A stretch of DNA of 64,000 nt from positions 1 through 64,000 of the forward strand of contig JBODTK010000114.1 in assembly GCA_050613775.1 (NCBI GenBank). The letters run 5' to 3'. The notes beneath the pieces are model-generated. The model saw nothing but the letters and a program-made list of their open reading frames with translations, ran no database searches and was not told where the DNA came from. A program made the position numbers and the translations under genes. How positions within the stretch are numbered: position 1 is the stretch's first letter; each line of letters starts with the position of its first letter. This document shows, piece after piece, positions 61,558 through 64,000 of the stretch. This stretch comes from Neocallimastix sp. 'constans' (Eukaryota).

Positions 61558-64000
61558 ATGCAGGCAGTCAATCGAATTGTTTCTAATACATTAGAAAAAT
61601 ATCATAGAGAAAGACTACTATTTGCTCAAACGATTGCTGATCTTGCATTAAAGGAGGGCTATGTTAATTCCTTACAATCACAAAATGTATTACCTTTATT
61701 ACGACCTTTATTATTAGATGAAATTCCAGCAATTCAGCAAGCAGCAGCATTGGCTATTGGTCGATTAGCAAATTATAACGAAGAATTAGCTAAATCAGTA
61801 GTAGATTTAGATATTTTACCTCATCTAATTTTTTCACTAAAAAATCAAAATGTAACTAAATTAGAAAATAAGAAGAGAATTTCATTTTTATATTAATTAT
61901 CTAAAATTGTTGCATTCCATTTCAATATGTTATTTTATATTAATAAAGTAAATAAAAAAATAAAAAAAATTACAAAATATTAATACAAATTTTCATTTCA
62001 TTATTTCATTTCCATATTTATATAATTATTTTGATTAATACTCTAAGAGATTTTATAAAACAGCTGCTGCATATGTTTTAAGAAGTAATATTCTAATAAA
62101 AAAAAAAATACTAGAATTATTTTAATATATTTATATTTAAAGTTAATTATTAACATTATATTAACTTTCAAAAACTAATTATCTAATTATTCGATTTTAT
62201 CATTTTATAACCATTGAAAATTATAAAAATGTATTATAATTAATAAAGCTGTTGCAAAACATTCTGTAAAATTAGCAAATAGTGTTGTTGAATCTGGAGC
62301 GTTAACTTCATTAGTTCAATGTCTTGAAGAATTCGATCCTGGAGTTAAAGAGTCAGCAGCATGGGCACTTGGTTATATTGCCAAACATAATGAAGGTAAA
62401 TGATATAAGATATTATTAATATATATTAATAGGTTATTAGAATTATATATAACTTGAAAATTAAAAGTATGATATTTAATATAAATTTAAATAAATAATT
62501 TTTAATTTATAAATATATGAAATACAAAAAAACAATTTTTTTTTTTTTTTATAAAATTAAACAAATAATTAATTAATTAGAATTAGCAAAAGCTGTTGTT
62601 GATGCGGGGGCATTACCTCTGCTTATTCTTTGCGTTCAAGAACCAGAACTTTCATTAAGAAAAATAGCAATTTCCGCATTAAGCGACATTGCAAAGCATT
62701 CATCTGAAGTAATTAAAAATTTTTTTTTTTTTGTTTCCATATTAAAAAAAAAATATTAATGAAAATTTATTTATATCTCTTATAGTCATTCCATTAATTG
62801 ATACTATTATCTCTATAAATATTATTATATATTTTTTGTTAAACTATATTAATATTTAAATAAAAAATATATATATATATATATTATTTATTTACTTATC
62901 TATATATATTTATACTGTTTTTATTCATTTATTAATATCACTTCTAACAATAGCTTGCACATAATATTGTTGATACTAATGCACTTTTCTTATTAACCCA
63001 ATTAATGCATAGTTCTGATCCTAAGTTACTCAGGCAGGTTTGTTCCTGTCTCTGTCAAATAGCTAAACATAATATAACCTTAGCAGAAGAAGTAGTTAAT
63101 AGAGAAATTTTCCCTACAGTATTATATTGTTTAAAAAATAATGATGCGTATGTAAGAAAGAATGCAACTTCTTTAATATGCGAAATATCAAAACACTCTG
63201 CAGATGTATGAAATTAAATAAAATAAAAAATATTAACAAATATTATGATAAATTAATTCGTTATGAATTATTTTATAAAACCTACATTTATAAAGCTTGA
63301 TATTAAATTTTTGAAATAATATAAATATTCTAATAAAAAATAATTTTTTTATTCACATATTATATATTAATATGTACCATATAAAATAATATAATATTGT
63401 AGTTAGCACAAATTGTTGTTAATTCTGGAGGTATACCAGCAATTATTGATTATATTGATAATTCCAATGGAACAGCAAAACTTCCTGGTATTATGACATT
63501 AGGTTATATTAGTGTATTTTCTGAAACACTTGCATTTTCTGTTTTACTTGCAAATCCAATTCCAATATTACTGAAAGTATTACATGATAAAGATTCAATG
63601 GATGAAAGTGTTCTGGTAATTTATTTTTATTAAATATTGTTTTTTACATTATTATTTTACTATTATTATTTTGTTATCTTAATATTTTATTATTTTATTA
63701 TTTTATTTTATTTTATTATTTATATATTTATTTATATATTTTAATTATTACTATAAAAATAATAAAATATAAAAAAATAAATTATTTATAATAGGCTGCA
63801 TGTGTTTGGACTTTAGGTCAAATGGGAAGACATGGACCAGAACATACAAAAATATTATCTGATCATGGAGTATTACAAGTTCTATTAAATCTTTTACAAA
63901 GTTATAGCAAAGATGATGATGAACCACTTGATTTGAAAACAAAGGTAAACATATAATGTTAAATGATTATAAATGTTATTAATATAATCTATATTAATAT
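61558..64000 (+). CDS. SPAG6: Axoneme central-apparatus armadillo-repeat protein SPAG6/PF16, multi-exon, continues past window end
   Basis: LEKYHRERLLFAQTIADLA...LLRPLLLD..PAIQQAAALAIGRLANYNEELA...QN|RFYKTAAAYVLR|..AKHS...CLEEFDPGVKESAAWALGYIAKHN...LCVQEPELSL...DPKLLRQVCSCLCQIAKH...LPGIMTLGYI...WTLGQMGRH. Confidence 0.95.

Overview
Extremely AT-rich, intron-rich eukaryotic DNA. Flagellar genes (BBS4, SPAG6/PF16) plus this base composition point to a zoosporic fungus, most likely an anaerobic gut fungus (Neocallimastigomycota); this is an inference. Genes assembled by eye from exons, in order: an unknown coiled-coil protein (runs off the window start), an intronless RING-CH/MARCH-type E3 ligase, KAE1/OSGEP, two tandem P4-type ATPase phospholipid flippases, a delta-like PI-phospholipase C, a large multidomain gene, BBS4 (all minus strand), then SPAG6/PF16 (plus strand, runs off the window end). 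The main observation is that an apparent RasGAP gene and an apparent separate 4xLIM gene are joined in frame by a canonical 205-nt GT-AG intron, giving one C2-C2-C1-RasGAP-(SPF repeats)-4xLIM protein. Other observations: a conserved DxDPNLxSSR motif in an insert shared by both flippases; a 33-bp unit embedded in (TAAAA)n in introns of four genes; two poly(A)-tailed hairpin fragments resembling retroposon 3' ends; a decayed AAA+-like relic; and many 3' splice sites preceded by poly(A) rather than pyrimidine tracts. Many ORFs in the supplied track are microsatellite or antisense artefacts. Exon boundaries are manual and may be off by a few bases.
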